NCBI RefSeq assembly: GCF_964355755.1
Contig: NC_092675.1
Span: 8,241,812 to 8,305,811 of the forward strand
Source: Antedon mediterranea
Lineage: Eukaryota; Animalia; Echinodermata
Reading direction: 5' to 3'
Length of the DNA stretch: 64,000 nt
Below, piece after piece: positions 32,201 through 43,882 of this stretch. Position numbers and translations under genes: made by a program. Under the pieces are notes generated by a model. The model worked only from the letters and a program-made list of their open reading frames with translations, was not told where the DNA came from and did not search any database. Numbering within the stretch: the first letter of the stretch is position 1; every line of letters begins with the position of its first letter.

Positions 32201-33214
32201 TCACCTATATGTAGATGTCATGAATACATTTTAAATGCGTTATTCGTCTGTAACTCGCATTACAGTACATACGCGAAGTGCTTTTGTTGAAATCACGTCA
32301 TTATTTTTATTATATATTATAGAAATTATGATAATTATTTTTGTTCAGAGAAGTAGAAATTTTATGTAATTATAGAAATGTATAGACTTTATGATACTGT
32401 GAATGTGAGAATGAAATGTTAAGGTCCTATACATTTCGCATGGAAATGCTCAATTGGCAGGGAACACTATGAACATGGCATATATTATACTCCGGATTGT
32501 CAAAAACCTAATGAAGCCCCGGAAGCAACGCGTTCTAGCGTCATTTGAGGTCATTTTAATCAGATTTAGGGTAGCCATTTTTTCCATTTTTTATAATGCA
32601 TAAATAAAATACTGCGTGCAAAAAAACGATGCGCGATGACTGTTTCAATCCATATTTTTCAATTTAAAAAATAAAAGTTCAAAGAAAATTTAGAAAAATA
32701 GAGTTGGAGGTCCCGGAAATTGGACTTATTATACTACAAAACATGAAACAAAATATATAAGTCCCTATCATGGTTGTGACTGAGCTACGAAATGTTTGAA
32801 AAATAGAGATGTTAGGTCCCGGAAAATGCCATTCTTCTACTTCAAAATATGACCAGCTTTATTGTTGGGGCTGAGCTAAGAAAATGTTTAAAACTAGAGC
32901 TTCAGGTCTTCAAAGAATTGCATTTTATACTTTGGAAACATCAGGCCTAGAGGCTTAAAAAACGCAAGCGTAGACCTTTTTCAGTCGGGGAAATAAGTTT
33001 ATTCCTCCCAAGTGTATGCGTGCGTGTGTATGACATACAGGACATTGAAAATGTAATAACTTGGCTGTAAGAAGATGTTGGCTAAGCGAAAATGGCATGT
33101 TTTTTTGTTTAGTAATGGATGAAATATTTATTTTAGGTGCCCCACGGTACAGAAGGTTGCTTGTAAATTAAAAAATTGGTGAACGTGTAGCGTACGTCGA
33201 CACAGTACACGACG

Positions 33215-33845
33215 TAACCGTCGGTAAACTTCGCCTGGAAAATAACTACAGTACACATTTTGGTCCCTGGATGGAACATGATATCACGCGTCTAGACCCA
33301 ACGTTGAACGATTTGTACAAAGGTATACCGTGCGTACATAGCTATTGTTTAGTAGTAAGTTAGATCGCTGGCAATAATGAATGCATATAAAGTGCATAAT
33401 ATCACTCTGACGTGCTCTCACGGTCAATAAAACGTCGCGGTTTTCTAGGCGCTGAAGCTACCAAGTGAACGCGAATGCTTTTTACTGTATATTATATTCC
33501 CCGACAAAAAGTACCCGTGTTCCCTTCGGTAACCGTCGGTAAACTTCGCCTGGAAAATAACTACATTACACATTTTGGTCCCTGGATGGAACATGATATC
33601 ACGCGTCTCGACCCAACGGTGAACGATTCGTACAAAGGGATACCGCCAAACAAGTGCGTACTAGCTATTGTTTAGTAGTTAGATCGCTGGCAATAATGAA
33701 TGCATAAAGTGCATAATAGCCCTCTGACGTACTCTCACGGTCAATGGAACGTCGTGGTTTTCTAGGCACTGAAGCTATATGAAGTGAACGCGAACGTTTT
33801 TTACTGTATATTATATTCCCCGACAAAAAGTACCCGTGTTCCCCG
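33215..33845. repeat. Tandem duplication of about 315 bp followed by a GC hairpin (33848-33894)
   Basis: gtaaccgtcggtaaacttcgcctggaaaataactac...cccgacaaaaagtacccgtgttccc occurs twice. Confidence 0.85.
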
Positions 33846-34121
33846 ACGGGGGTGCTAGGCTCCCCGACGAGGCGGATAGAGCCCCCGTAGCCCCAACAAC
33901 ACCCATACAGATGAACATGATGATAATGATGTGAAAGAAGCAACAAACACCAAGATGTTGAAGATGCAACATCAGATGATGAATGACTGTAACAGAATGC
34001 TGCTGATCAATGTTGAAGTGATTTAAAGACCCTTTATTTTGCATATTTTTAATATTTAATAAATCATATATAGGGCATATGGCGATACTTTTTCCATCTT
34101 TAAACAGTTAAATATGTAACT

Positions 34122-34194
34122 GGGGGACTAGCTCAAATGGTAGAGCTCTCACTTACCATGTGAGAGGTACCGGGATCATTGCCCGGGTATTCCA
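34122..34194 (+). tRNA. tRNA-Ala-derived sequence with ACC anticodon (probable pseudogene)
   Basis: gggggactagctcaaatggtagagctctcacttaccatgtgagaggtaccgggatcattgcccgggtattcca follows the tRNA-Ala(AGC) body (G3:U70) and is followed by a T-run. It has an acceptor mismatch and an altered T-loop. Confidence 0.65.
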
Positions 34195-34381
34195 ATCTAT
34201 TTTTCATAGATTTCAGCAAGGACCAAATAAAATCTGAATCTGGAAAAGAAAGTCTATGCATGCCGAATAAAGAGCGTTTGACGTGAAATACCTAGGGTAT
34301 ATTCTCTTTTTATCATAAATAAGCCATACAACGAACATTTAAAGCAAGGAATGTTTTAAAATGCATTATTTTTACAAATTC

Positions 34382-34765
34382 AACAAGGCCATATACATGG
34401 CTGCAGTCGCGTGCGTAATTTTGAGTTATTGTTTACTGACCGACCGACCGACCAACTGACCGAAATTGCCGAAAATGTTTAAAAATGTTCACATTTTTAA
34501 AAACATTTATATTTTCCTCCAAGTATTAAATAATATCCAGTGTCAAAATAACGAAAAAATATGAATATGAGTTAGTGTTTACCGACTGACCAACCGACCG
34601 AAATTGCTGAAAAAGTTAAAAAATGTTGAAAAATGTTTAAAAACATTTATATTTGCCTACAAGTATTAATATCCAGTGTCAAAATAACGAAAAAATATGA
34701 ATATGAGTTAGTGTTTACCGACCGACATAGTGAGCAATAGAGTCGCGTTTGCACGCAACTCAAAG
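34382..34765 (+). mobile_element. HINE/DINE-1-like element with internal ~135-bp duplication
   Basis: aacaaggccatatacatggctgcagtcgcgtg head, (gacc)n tract, and 3' hairpin agtcgcgtttgcacgcaact. Confidence 0.65.
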
Positions 34766-37700
34766 TTGCATATAATTGGTCGGATATGTGCTGTGTACAT
34801 AGGTATTTGCCAATTGTCTTTTGTTTACTTAATTAACCAACTTTGATTAGCCACGGACAGTTATTCTTTGTAATTAATTTATATTTTCTTTTTGTAACAA
34901 TTCACTTTACCTGATGATGTGCTATGCCCAAAACATGTTTTAAGGCAGAGTTAAAACTTTGATTTTTATTTTACCTACATTATTCATATCCTCTGCCTAT
35001 GCAGCTCTTTGATTTTTTAAGGTTTCAATAAATTAACTTACTTCCGAGCATTTGAGGGCAAACTGTTGTATTAGACTAAATAGAAATGTATATGTTCCAA
35101 ACAATATGACACCAAAAGTAATGCTCTACGACAAATATTTCTTGAGATAAGGTAAAGAGATATGAATAGGTCAATAAGAGGTCAATAACCTCACTTCCGG
35201 TCATTTTGGGATAAAATATTTCATTACAGCAAATAAAAATATGCATGTTCTGAACAATTTGGGCCTAATCTTAATTCTCTATGACAAGCCATTACCGAGA
35301 TATGATAAGACCAGGTCAAAGGTCAAACTGCCAGAAACTGTAGTAGCAGCCATTTTTTGACAAAATTTTCTGTTAGAGCAAATAGGAATGTATATATTGT
35401 GAACTATTTGACACCAAAATCGATACTCTACGACAAGCGGTTACAAAGTTATAGACCAATTTAAAATGGCAGCCAATTTGGACGCCATCTTGGATTTCTC
35501 GGAGAGCACAAGGAGGATTTTTCGGGACTTTTAGTATGATGTTCCAATCATAGTTCTCGACCTTTCCTGAAAAAATTAGCTTGTTACCAGAAATTTCCGG
35601 GTCTGCCTATACTTATGAACTAATGCTCTTGGACTATACTTCGTTTTTGAATCGAATTTGAAGTAATAGCTTGAACTACGACTTTTCCAAGTCGAACTTC
35701 GAACTACGACTAAAGTCCAGTTTAAGAATACGGGCGTAAATCTCTTTAATGATTCTTTAACCTGCATTTTAAGGTCCTTACAATCTTTATCAAACCATTC
35801 GTTTCATTTTGTAAAAGTTGAAGATTTACTTGTTTGTGTATACTTAATTCCTTTACATACGTATTCAAAAATTTTACATAAATGTGAAACTGCCTCATCA
35901 ATTTTATTTTGAGAGATGCATTCATAAAATCATTATCAATAGTTTTAATGACATCATGTTCCCATCTGACTTTGGATGCATTAATGTAACTGTTGGACCA
36001 TTTGAACGTACTCTGGGTAAACGTGTCATCTTCATTGACAATCAATTTAGTGTGTTCTTTGTCTTTGAATTGAATACTAAAGGCAATTGGCATATGATCC
36101 GATTCAACACGGTCATCAATTCTTAAATAAGATATTAGTTTAAAGTTGTTTGAGTTAGTAAGAAGGTAATCACATACACTTTTACCTTGTGAACTGATAA
36201 ATGTAAAATTACTGGATGATTCTTTATCAATTCTACCATTTGTGATTCGCATACCAGTTTCTTTGCAAAATTCTAATATATCTTTACCGTAGCTATTTAG
36301 TATACAATCAGAATTCGTTCTACTCCAATACAATGTAATTCAGCTTCCTATTTTTGTTCCAATTCATGTTATTCTGCTTATTCTACACTTTGCGGATAAC
36401 CCCTTGTTATTGACACGATCCTTTTTCTTACCACGAATTTTGTTCGCAGCGTATCTATAATTCTGGTCAACATAAGATTGCATAACTTTGTCATAAGATT
36501 GACGTGTAGCTGCAGATGTGCAAGAAACTTCGTTATATGACTTTAGAGTTGCGCAGCGCCAGTAAAGCACGATTTTACGAAATTTTATGGTTGCTCATAA
36601 AGCTCATGAAACTTTACGAAAGTGTGTTTCATAATATGGAGCAACTTTTGCACATGAAAAAAATTGCGCGAGTACGCGTATTTGAAATTTCAAATTGCCC
36701 AAAATTAATTTCTAATCAATTTCGCGTACATTTCAGGTCATTTTGAGCATTTCAAAATTGTCTACTTTGTTTGCGTTTTGCGCATGCACTTGTAAGCACA
36801 GCTTGTAGCCTACAGAGCGTAGAAAAATGTTTTTTTGCAATTGATTTTTGTTTTTCATACCTTCTGTAATAGATTTCATTCATTTTGATGAACTTTTATT
36901 GCAAATTAACGACGCACGTTAAACTTTAGAAATCGTGTGCTAAAGAATAGGTAATATAATGTAAATTTGTTAAAAAAAATATATACCTATTTTTATTCAG
37001 TTATAGCTCCTAAGGATGGCTGGTTACCCCATTTTTAGATTTATTATGGAAGCTGATGAGTTGTAGATATCAATTCATGTACAATTTGTACCTACTGGTT
37101 GTTTTGACGTCACCATATGGCCACTCGAATTGTTAAAATTGTATTAGTTAATCCAATTTAATAGAGCGCATCGCGCTAATCCGTTCTCCATTTTCTCCTA
37201 AATTTTAATACGTTCTTTCTCAATCAATTCTTTTTCACATGAGTTACAAAGATTTTATTTTTTGTTACTTCATCATATAAAAATATTAGAATAATGTGAG
37301 TTACTTAATTTCATCTTTACAGTATATTTTAATCTATTATAGCTCATCGGAATGAAAAGTGACCCACGTGATTAAAACTTATTATGGAAGCTGTTGAATT
37401 GCAGATATTAATTCATAAAAATGTTGTCTATCTGATTTCATGACGTCATCATATGGCCAGTTAAATTTAAAAATTCAGATTTTCATCTCTTTCGTAAAAG
37501 TTCATCGCGTTTCAAATAAAGCGCATCTCAGTTTTATGTGCCCAAAATTCTTCAAATTTATATTAATGTAATTATTTAGATAAATATCTTCAAAAATAGT
37601 TATCTTTATATGTCAATTTGATGACGTCATCGTGTTAGAAATTGGATTTGAAAGAGGGGTCTCGTAATTTCATCTATTCTACGCTGTATATAACATGTAC

Positions 37701-38771
37701 AGTGTATTCTGTAAATACTGTAATAAGCTGACAGCACTGTAAACATATTTAATTCATGTCAATATCATAAGATGGCATAATAATTGTCGGCGTTCATATT
37801 TTAACGACTTATGTGCATGTTGCGTTTGCGCGGATAACCCGAACTCGTCAAAGTGACAAAGTCAAATCTAGTTATTGGTTTATATTTTTCATTAATTTAT
37901 TTTGTAAACTATTTTTTTTCTATATCATTCGATTTTTTCATCGTTTTCTTAATATGTTTTATCTTCATTATACTTTATACCTGTACCATAATATACTGTT
38001 TACATAGTGTTTATATTATTTGTTTTATATAACATAACTGCCTATTGGAATGCATGATACAAAAGTAACGGTATGTTACTTCTGTGTAACATTTACGTTT
38101 ACCGTATAGAGTTAAAGAATAATATGGTTAATGTATTATGCATAAAGAGCCCGGAGAGTGAGCTGTATAGTTCCATTTGTTTACATTTTAAAATATGTGC
38201 TTTGGAAATACAGAAACACCCAAAAGAGAAAATGTCACGTGGTCGACACTGTTCCGTTTCCTGTACCACGAAAACTATTTAAAATTTGATATCATCTTTA
38301 CGTGGTGAAATATCCCCATATTTCTAACACAATTGATAGCATATCTTTTCACGTTATCGGTCGTTAACTTCATACATAAAATATGCTAATCGAGATTGCG
38401 CCCTGTATAACCTACCACTTTGTTGCAAAGTTCATTGTTGTTTTTGTACATTGTTGATCCATCTATTGGTACATGAGTTTTTAATGAAATAAAAAAAACA
38501 CTAATCCTGGTAACATATAATATTAGTGGTCATTCACTCAAATTTAAACAAATTATGTCGGCCTAGACGTCACATCATTCTTATGTTGGAAATTGTTAAA
38601 GAAGTAATCAATCTTTTACCTAGTAACGTCAGTGGTATATGTAGTTTTCCGAATTACACACGCCCGGTATACAGCATTCTCTCCGCATGATAAACGTGAG
38701 TTATTACTGTACATTTTATGTTTATCATGATAGGCCCACTGGTCCGAAATTTAGAATGTAAAATATCGAAA

Positions 38772-41700
38772 TAGTAGAGGCTATATATGGTTTGACCTTG
38801 AAAAAATTCTAATAAAAGGTCTTTTGGTATTTTCTTGTAGCTTTAGGTGTCAATAATTACCAAAACATTTTTGCAGCCTTCTAGTTGCTGCGTTAGTGAG
38901 ATATTGAGGGTCAAAGGTCAGTGACCTTTTTGTGGCATTTGATGGCTCATAACTCCTCAACTCGTGGGTTTAAAAAGACAAATGTGGTTTCTACATCTAT
39001 GTTTTAGTGGTCAAACAACAAAATAAAGTTTTTGCAAATTTCGGGTTACTTGTGCCATTGGTCAGATAGTCGGGTCAAAGGTCATTGACCTTTATTCATT
39101 AATAACTACTGCTAGTGTAGGACCTGAGTAAGATTTGTATGCATTCAATTTAGGAGAGAATATCTCAACTGTTATAGGATAATTTGACCCCAAGGAACAA
39201 TATGGGATATGTGTCAAATTCGTTATCTGGGGCGAACATGCCCAAAATCGGGGTCAAAGGTTAGAAATGTGTGGTTCTTATATCTCGACAACCACTTGTC
39301 ATACAGATTTGCTTTTGGTGTCAAATTGTTCAGAATATACATATTTATATTCAGTCTAACACAACTTTTACCCCAAAAAATGATCGGAAATGCTTTTACT
39401 GACCTTTGACCAAAAAATGACCAAAAAAACACATTTTCGGGTTAAATTATTCCATAAAATGTCAATGGACACACTGTATGGTATAAAATGAAAGCATATA
39501 CAATATGCTACCCATTGCTACCCAACTTGTATTGAACATTTTTTAATTAGGAATCTAATCTTATGGAAAATGTGCCTAATTTGATTACTTTTATACAAAA
39601 AATGAATATTTAGTAGCGTAATTGTTGTGCTTATTTATATAATGTTAAATAATTTTAAATAAGTGTTTGGAAGAACTATTTGGTATCAAATAAAAGCCCA
39701 TACAATATTCTATCCATTGCTATCCAACTTGTAATACAAATCTGTAATTATGATGCTACTTTGGTGAAAAATGTGCATATTTTATTGCTTTTTGACAAAA
39801 ATGGGTATACATTACCAGATAATTTATTTTGGTTTATTTATGATATTAAATAATTCAAATGTTTGAAAAGACATATTTGGTATCAAAGGAAAGCACATAC
39901 AATATGCTACCTAACTTGTATTTAATTATGTGATGTTATTTTTGGAAAATATGCATATATTTTATTAAATTTAGACAAAAATGAGTATAAATTAATGTAA
40001 GTTTAATTTGGGTGAAATAATTCTAGCGTTGTATTAAAATGAAATATTTGGTACAAAAAAGAAAAGAATTAGTTGTAGTTTATTAAGTTCTTTATTTGGT
40101 AGACCAAACAAAATGGCATTGCAGTAGTCTAACCGTGATGTTATTAGTGCATGGACAAGTTTAATAAGCGAGGAGTGGGTTAAGGATTTGCGAATTGATC
40201 TTATGTTACGAAGGTGGTAGGTATCAGATTTACTAATGTTGTTGATATGTCTGGACATAATCATTGCTGAGTCAAATACAACTCCGATATATCTAACCTC
40301 TAACGATGATGTGATTGATGTTTCTAGCAATGGCCAATTTTTGAATAAATAAATAAGATTTCTGTTTTACCAGGGTTAAAAAGAGCATGTTTTTAGTTAG
40401 CCAATCCTGAACATCAACAACACAAGCTTCGATAACCGACTTCGCCTCATTAAACTCTGCTGAATTAGAGCTGATGTATCATCTGCGTACACATGATATT
40501 GGACACAATGTCTCTTAATGATATCACTCATGGGCGAGGTGTAAACTAAAAACAATACTGGACCCAGTATTGATCCTTGAGGAACACCGCATTTCAGGTT
40601 GATAGAGGTGGATTTGACATTACCAATCTGGACCTGCTGCTTCCTAGAAGACAAATATGACTTGAACTAATTTAGAGCAGATCCACGGATACCAATAGAC
40701 GAGAGTCTTGCAATAATAATGGAATAGTCCATGGTATCAGAAGCTGCCGACAGGTCGAGGTACACAGAAAAAAGACAATTACCTTTATCCAGAGCTAAAA
40801 TAATATCATTATGCACCTTGAGAATGGCTGACTCTGTACTGTGGCGCTTTCTATATGCTGATTGAAGAGGGTCGAACAGATTATTGTCGTCAAGAAAATG
40901 TATGAGATCTAAAGCAACGCATTTCTCAAGGATCTTAGATAAGAAAGCGACATTAGAAATAGATCGAAAATTTGCCATGCAAGCATGTGAAGGCGTCTTT
41001 AAAATAAGTGTAACTAGACCCAACTTCAAATCATCAGGAAAGGTCGTACCAGTTGATAAAGATAAATTAATAATAATTCTAAATACTGAAGTCAATTATG
41101 CACATTTTCCATAAAGTTATATTCCTAATTAAAAATGTTTAATACAAGTTGGGTAGCAATGGGTAGCATATTGTATATGCTTTCATTTTATACCATACAG
41201 TGTGTCCATTGACATTTTATGGAATAATTTAACCCGAAAATGTGTTTTTTTTGGTCAAAGGTCAGTAAAAGCATTTCCGGTCATTTTTTGGGGTAAAAGT
41301 TGTGTTAGACTGAATATAAATATGTATATTCTGAACAATTTGACACCAAAAGCAAATCTGTATGACAAGTGGTTGTCGAGATATAAGAACCACACATTTC
41401 TAACCTTTGACCCCGATTTTGGGCATGTTCGCCCCAGATAACGAATTTGACACATATCCCATATTGTTCCTTGGGGTCAAATTATCCTATAACAGTTGAG
41501 ATATTCTCTCCTAAATTGAATGCATACAAATCTTACTCAGGTCCTACACTAGCAGTAGTTATTAATGAATAAAGGTCAATGACCTTTGACCCGACTATCT
41601 GACCAATGGCACAAGTAACCCGAAATTTGCAAAAACTTTATTTTGTTGTTTGACCACTAAAACATAGATGTAGGCACAACATTTGTCTTTTTAAACCCAG

Positions 41701-41903
41701 GAGTTGAGGAGTTATGAGCCATCAAATGCCACAAAAAGGTCACTGACCTTTGACCCTCAATATCTCACTAACAAAGCAACTAGAAGGCTGCAAAAATTTT
41801 TTTGTATTTATTCACACCTAAAGCTACAAGAAAATACCAAAAGACCTTTTATTAGAATTTTTTCAAGGTTACATAGGATAAATGTCACATATAGCCTGTA
41901 CTA
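38772..41903. mobile_element. Long-TIR (~810 bp) element with TAG...CTA termini and 3-bp TSD (Academ-like)
   Basis: tagtagaggctata / tatagcctgtacta termini with aaa flanks. Arms ~38772-39585 and ~41093-41903 are inverted copies (mirror ORFs in the track). Internal ~200-bp tandem repeats at 39470-40000. Confidence 0.85.
40070..41090 (-). mobile_element. L2-clade LINE RT fragment inside the long-TIR element
   Basis: [71 protein letters not shown]. Confidence 0.88.
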
Positions 41904-41989
41904 AAAGTAGACTGTAATATTTGTTTTATTTTTCCAGACAGACACGCGTCAATCCCACTAAACGTTTAAGTTATTGTTATATTACCATA

Positions 41990-42183
41990 ATATAATCGAA
42001 TCCAACTAACCTTACACAGTGTTAAATTGTTTTAATATTAGTACCTATATATATATATATGTAGCCTAACCCTGGATTATATTTAACAGTTTAATTCTGT
42101 ATCTTGTAACCTACCAGAGAATCTTCCAAATCGTGGTGATGGTGGAAGAGGAAGATTTTGTTCAGCTAGACCTGATGGCAATT
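41990..42183 (+). pseudogene. Truncated paralog of the CBM14 gene exon 2 (intron end + ENLPNRGDGGRGRFCSARPDG)
   Basis: Aligns to 45350-45508 including the acceptor aacctaccag|ag; it is cut off by a TAG-starting repeat at 42184. Confidence 0.8.
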
Positions 42184-42930
42184 TAGTCCATGGGATTTAG
42201 CTAAAAAATGACCGTTTTCTCACACAAATTGCAAGAAAAGGTTTTTTTGATGAAATGTGCTCTTTAGACCCTACTGAACACATTTATCAACGTTAGGACA
42301 TTTTTCGATAACGGGAAGTAGTAAATTAGCATAATTAAAAATGGCCGCCATTGTTAATAACGTACTCTGTATCTTGGAAACCGCTAGTCACAGATACTTA
42401 ATTATGGTGTTAAAATCGTTAGAATATATGTTTTTATATTCACTGTAATCAAAAAGTTTGTCCAAAAAAGAATGGAAGTGCTATTTCTAACATTATTGAC
42501 CTTTGACCTTGAATTCTCATATCTCAGCAACCACTAATCGGAGATATACAAATTAGGGCTTAAATTGTTCATAAACTACATGTTTATATCCAGTCTAATG
42601 GCATGTTTTTGCAAAAAAATGGCGGATTCTAACATTATTGACCTTTGACCTTGATTTATCATATCTTAGCAACCACTAATCTAAGAGACACACAATATGG
42701 CTCAAATTATTCAAAAACTGCATATTTATATTTAGTCTAATGGCATGTTTTTGCAAAAAATTCTAACATTATTGACCTTTGAACTTTGCACTACATAAAA
42801 TTGCATAACTTTGAAAATATTGTACATATGAAATTATTGTTCAGAACATACATGTTTCTATAGAGTCCAATGACACATTATGTCCAATAATGGCCTACCT
42901 ATTGTATGGTTAGTAACATTTGAACTATAT
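42184..42930. mobile_element. One arm of a third Academ-like element with ~130-bp subterminal tandem repeats
   Basis: Starts tagtcc and carries repeats of ttctaacattattgacctttgaccttga..catatct..caaccactaatc..aaattgttc, related to motifs in the 31366 and 38772 arms. No matching right end is seen. Confidence 0.5.
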
Positions 42931-43409
42931 TTGAATAAGGATTTTTAAACCTATTATACCTATTTTTTAATCAGTGCAATTTAAATAAATGTGTGCTGCT
43001 GTGCGTTTTGAGTGAGATGTTTATTAATGCAGTTCGCAGTGGCCATACAATCATCCTTCTCAACGTTCTGAACTTGAATTGTGGGATCACTTTTGGTCAT
43101 GTTAGCAAGCAATTGCCTGTGCCAAGATCTGGTTTTGCAAATATCGAACTTTATTTTCATTAAACATTCTTACATTTCCTAATTTCTCTAATTATATTAT
43201 TTCTTATTTTCTTTCTAAGTTTTTTTCTCCTTTTTTGAAAGCATCTTCTCTTTGAGAAATCATATTTTGCTAGTCATCCATGAATTGGAATTACTATGCG
43301 TTTTAACTTAAGGAAATAATGTATCAATGCTATAAGGCGTAGTTTCATAAAAATTAGCCTGGACATTTTGGTTATTGAGGACACCTTTCCAACTCTGATT
43401 GAATCCACC

Positions 43410-43882
43410 TCTCATTATCTATGTATTGGTACGAAGATTTTTCCGTGATTTTGTCGTAATCTTTTACCTGGAAACCCATATTTTACCCAGATAGTTGGTC
43501 ATTTACTTCAACACATATTTTGAAGACGAATTCTTACAAAAGAACCTAATGCTGTTTTGTCTACCTTATTGTATAATTAAACTGTAATAAACATATTTAG
43601 TGACGCAAATAACGCAAGTAATATGTATAATAATACCATTAATAAAATCATTCTTCACACTTAAATGATTTATTATACCGTTTCCAAAAACGTAAATTCT
43701 TACATATGTTACATATATTTTTGTCCACATATGTTTGTTTTAATCCCTACCTGGAAACGTAATAAGATGCCATTCACTCTACTAAAAGACGAATGGTTAT
43801 AAAAGGAGCCGTTACTCTGGTATCATACACATTGATAAGTTTTGATTCTCTTGATAAGTGACCTGCAACTTACAAACACAAG
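43410..43882 (+). promoter_or_regulatory. Putative promoter with TATA box (43798-43804) and two TGATAAG motifs
   Basis: Conserved with 16955-17249; tataaaa lies about 85 bp upstream of the ATG. Confidence 0.6.

Larger units (their letters stand above)
31366..35636. mobile_element. Long-TIR (~700 bp) element with TAG...CTA termini and 3-bp TSD (Academ-like)
   Basis: tagtccaagagcattag / ctaatgctcttggacta termini; tac is duplicated at 31363-31365 and 35637-35639. Arms ~31366-32068 and ~34917-35636 are near-perfect inverted copies. Confidence 0.85.
30537..35736. mobile_element. PIF/Harbinger-like non-autonomous element (TAA TSD) containing a nested long-TIR element
   Basis: TIR cgcccgtattcttaaac..gactttagtcgtagttcga at both ends; TAA at 30534-30536 and 35737-35739. 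Confidence 0.8.
28235..36360 (-). mobile_element. RTEX/CR1-group LINE (APE-RT-CCHC), degenerate, split by a 5.2-kb insertion at 30537-35736
   Basis: APE-type NSYGKDILEFC..ITNGR..FTF..GKSVCDY (36333-35746); RT VDLKRAFDSI, GVQQGSPLSSLLFNIYINDL, ADD (29904-29449); C-terminal LEIEKGR..EDEYHFILQC..Y..LR (to 28351). Confidence 0.85.

Noticed and set aside
34910-34946. ctgatga...aaaac resembling a hammerhead core
   Set aside because: It lacks GAAA and a pairing stem II, and sits at the edge of a TIR arm whose mirror copy lacks ctgatga.
39209-41455. Identical ORF pairs on opposite strands (39209/41255 and 39223/41202)
   Set aside because: They are mirror images produced by the long TIRs, not genes.
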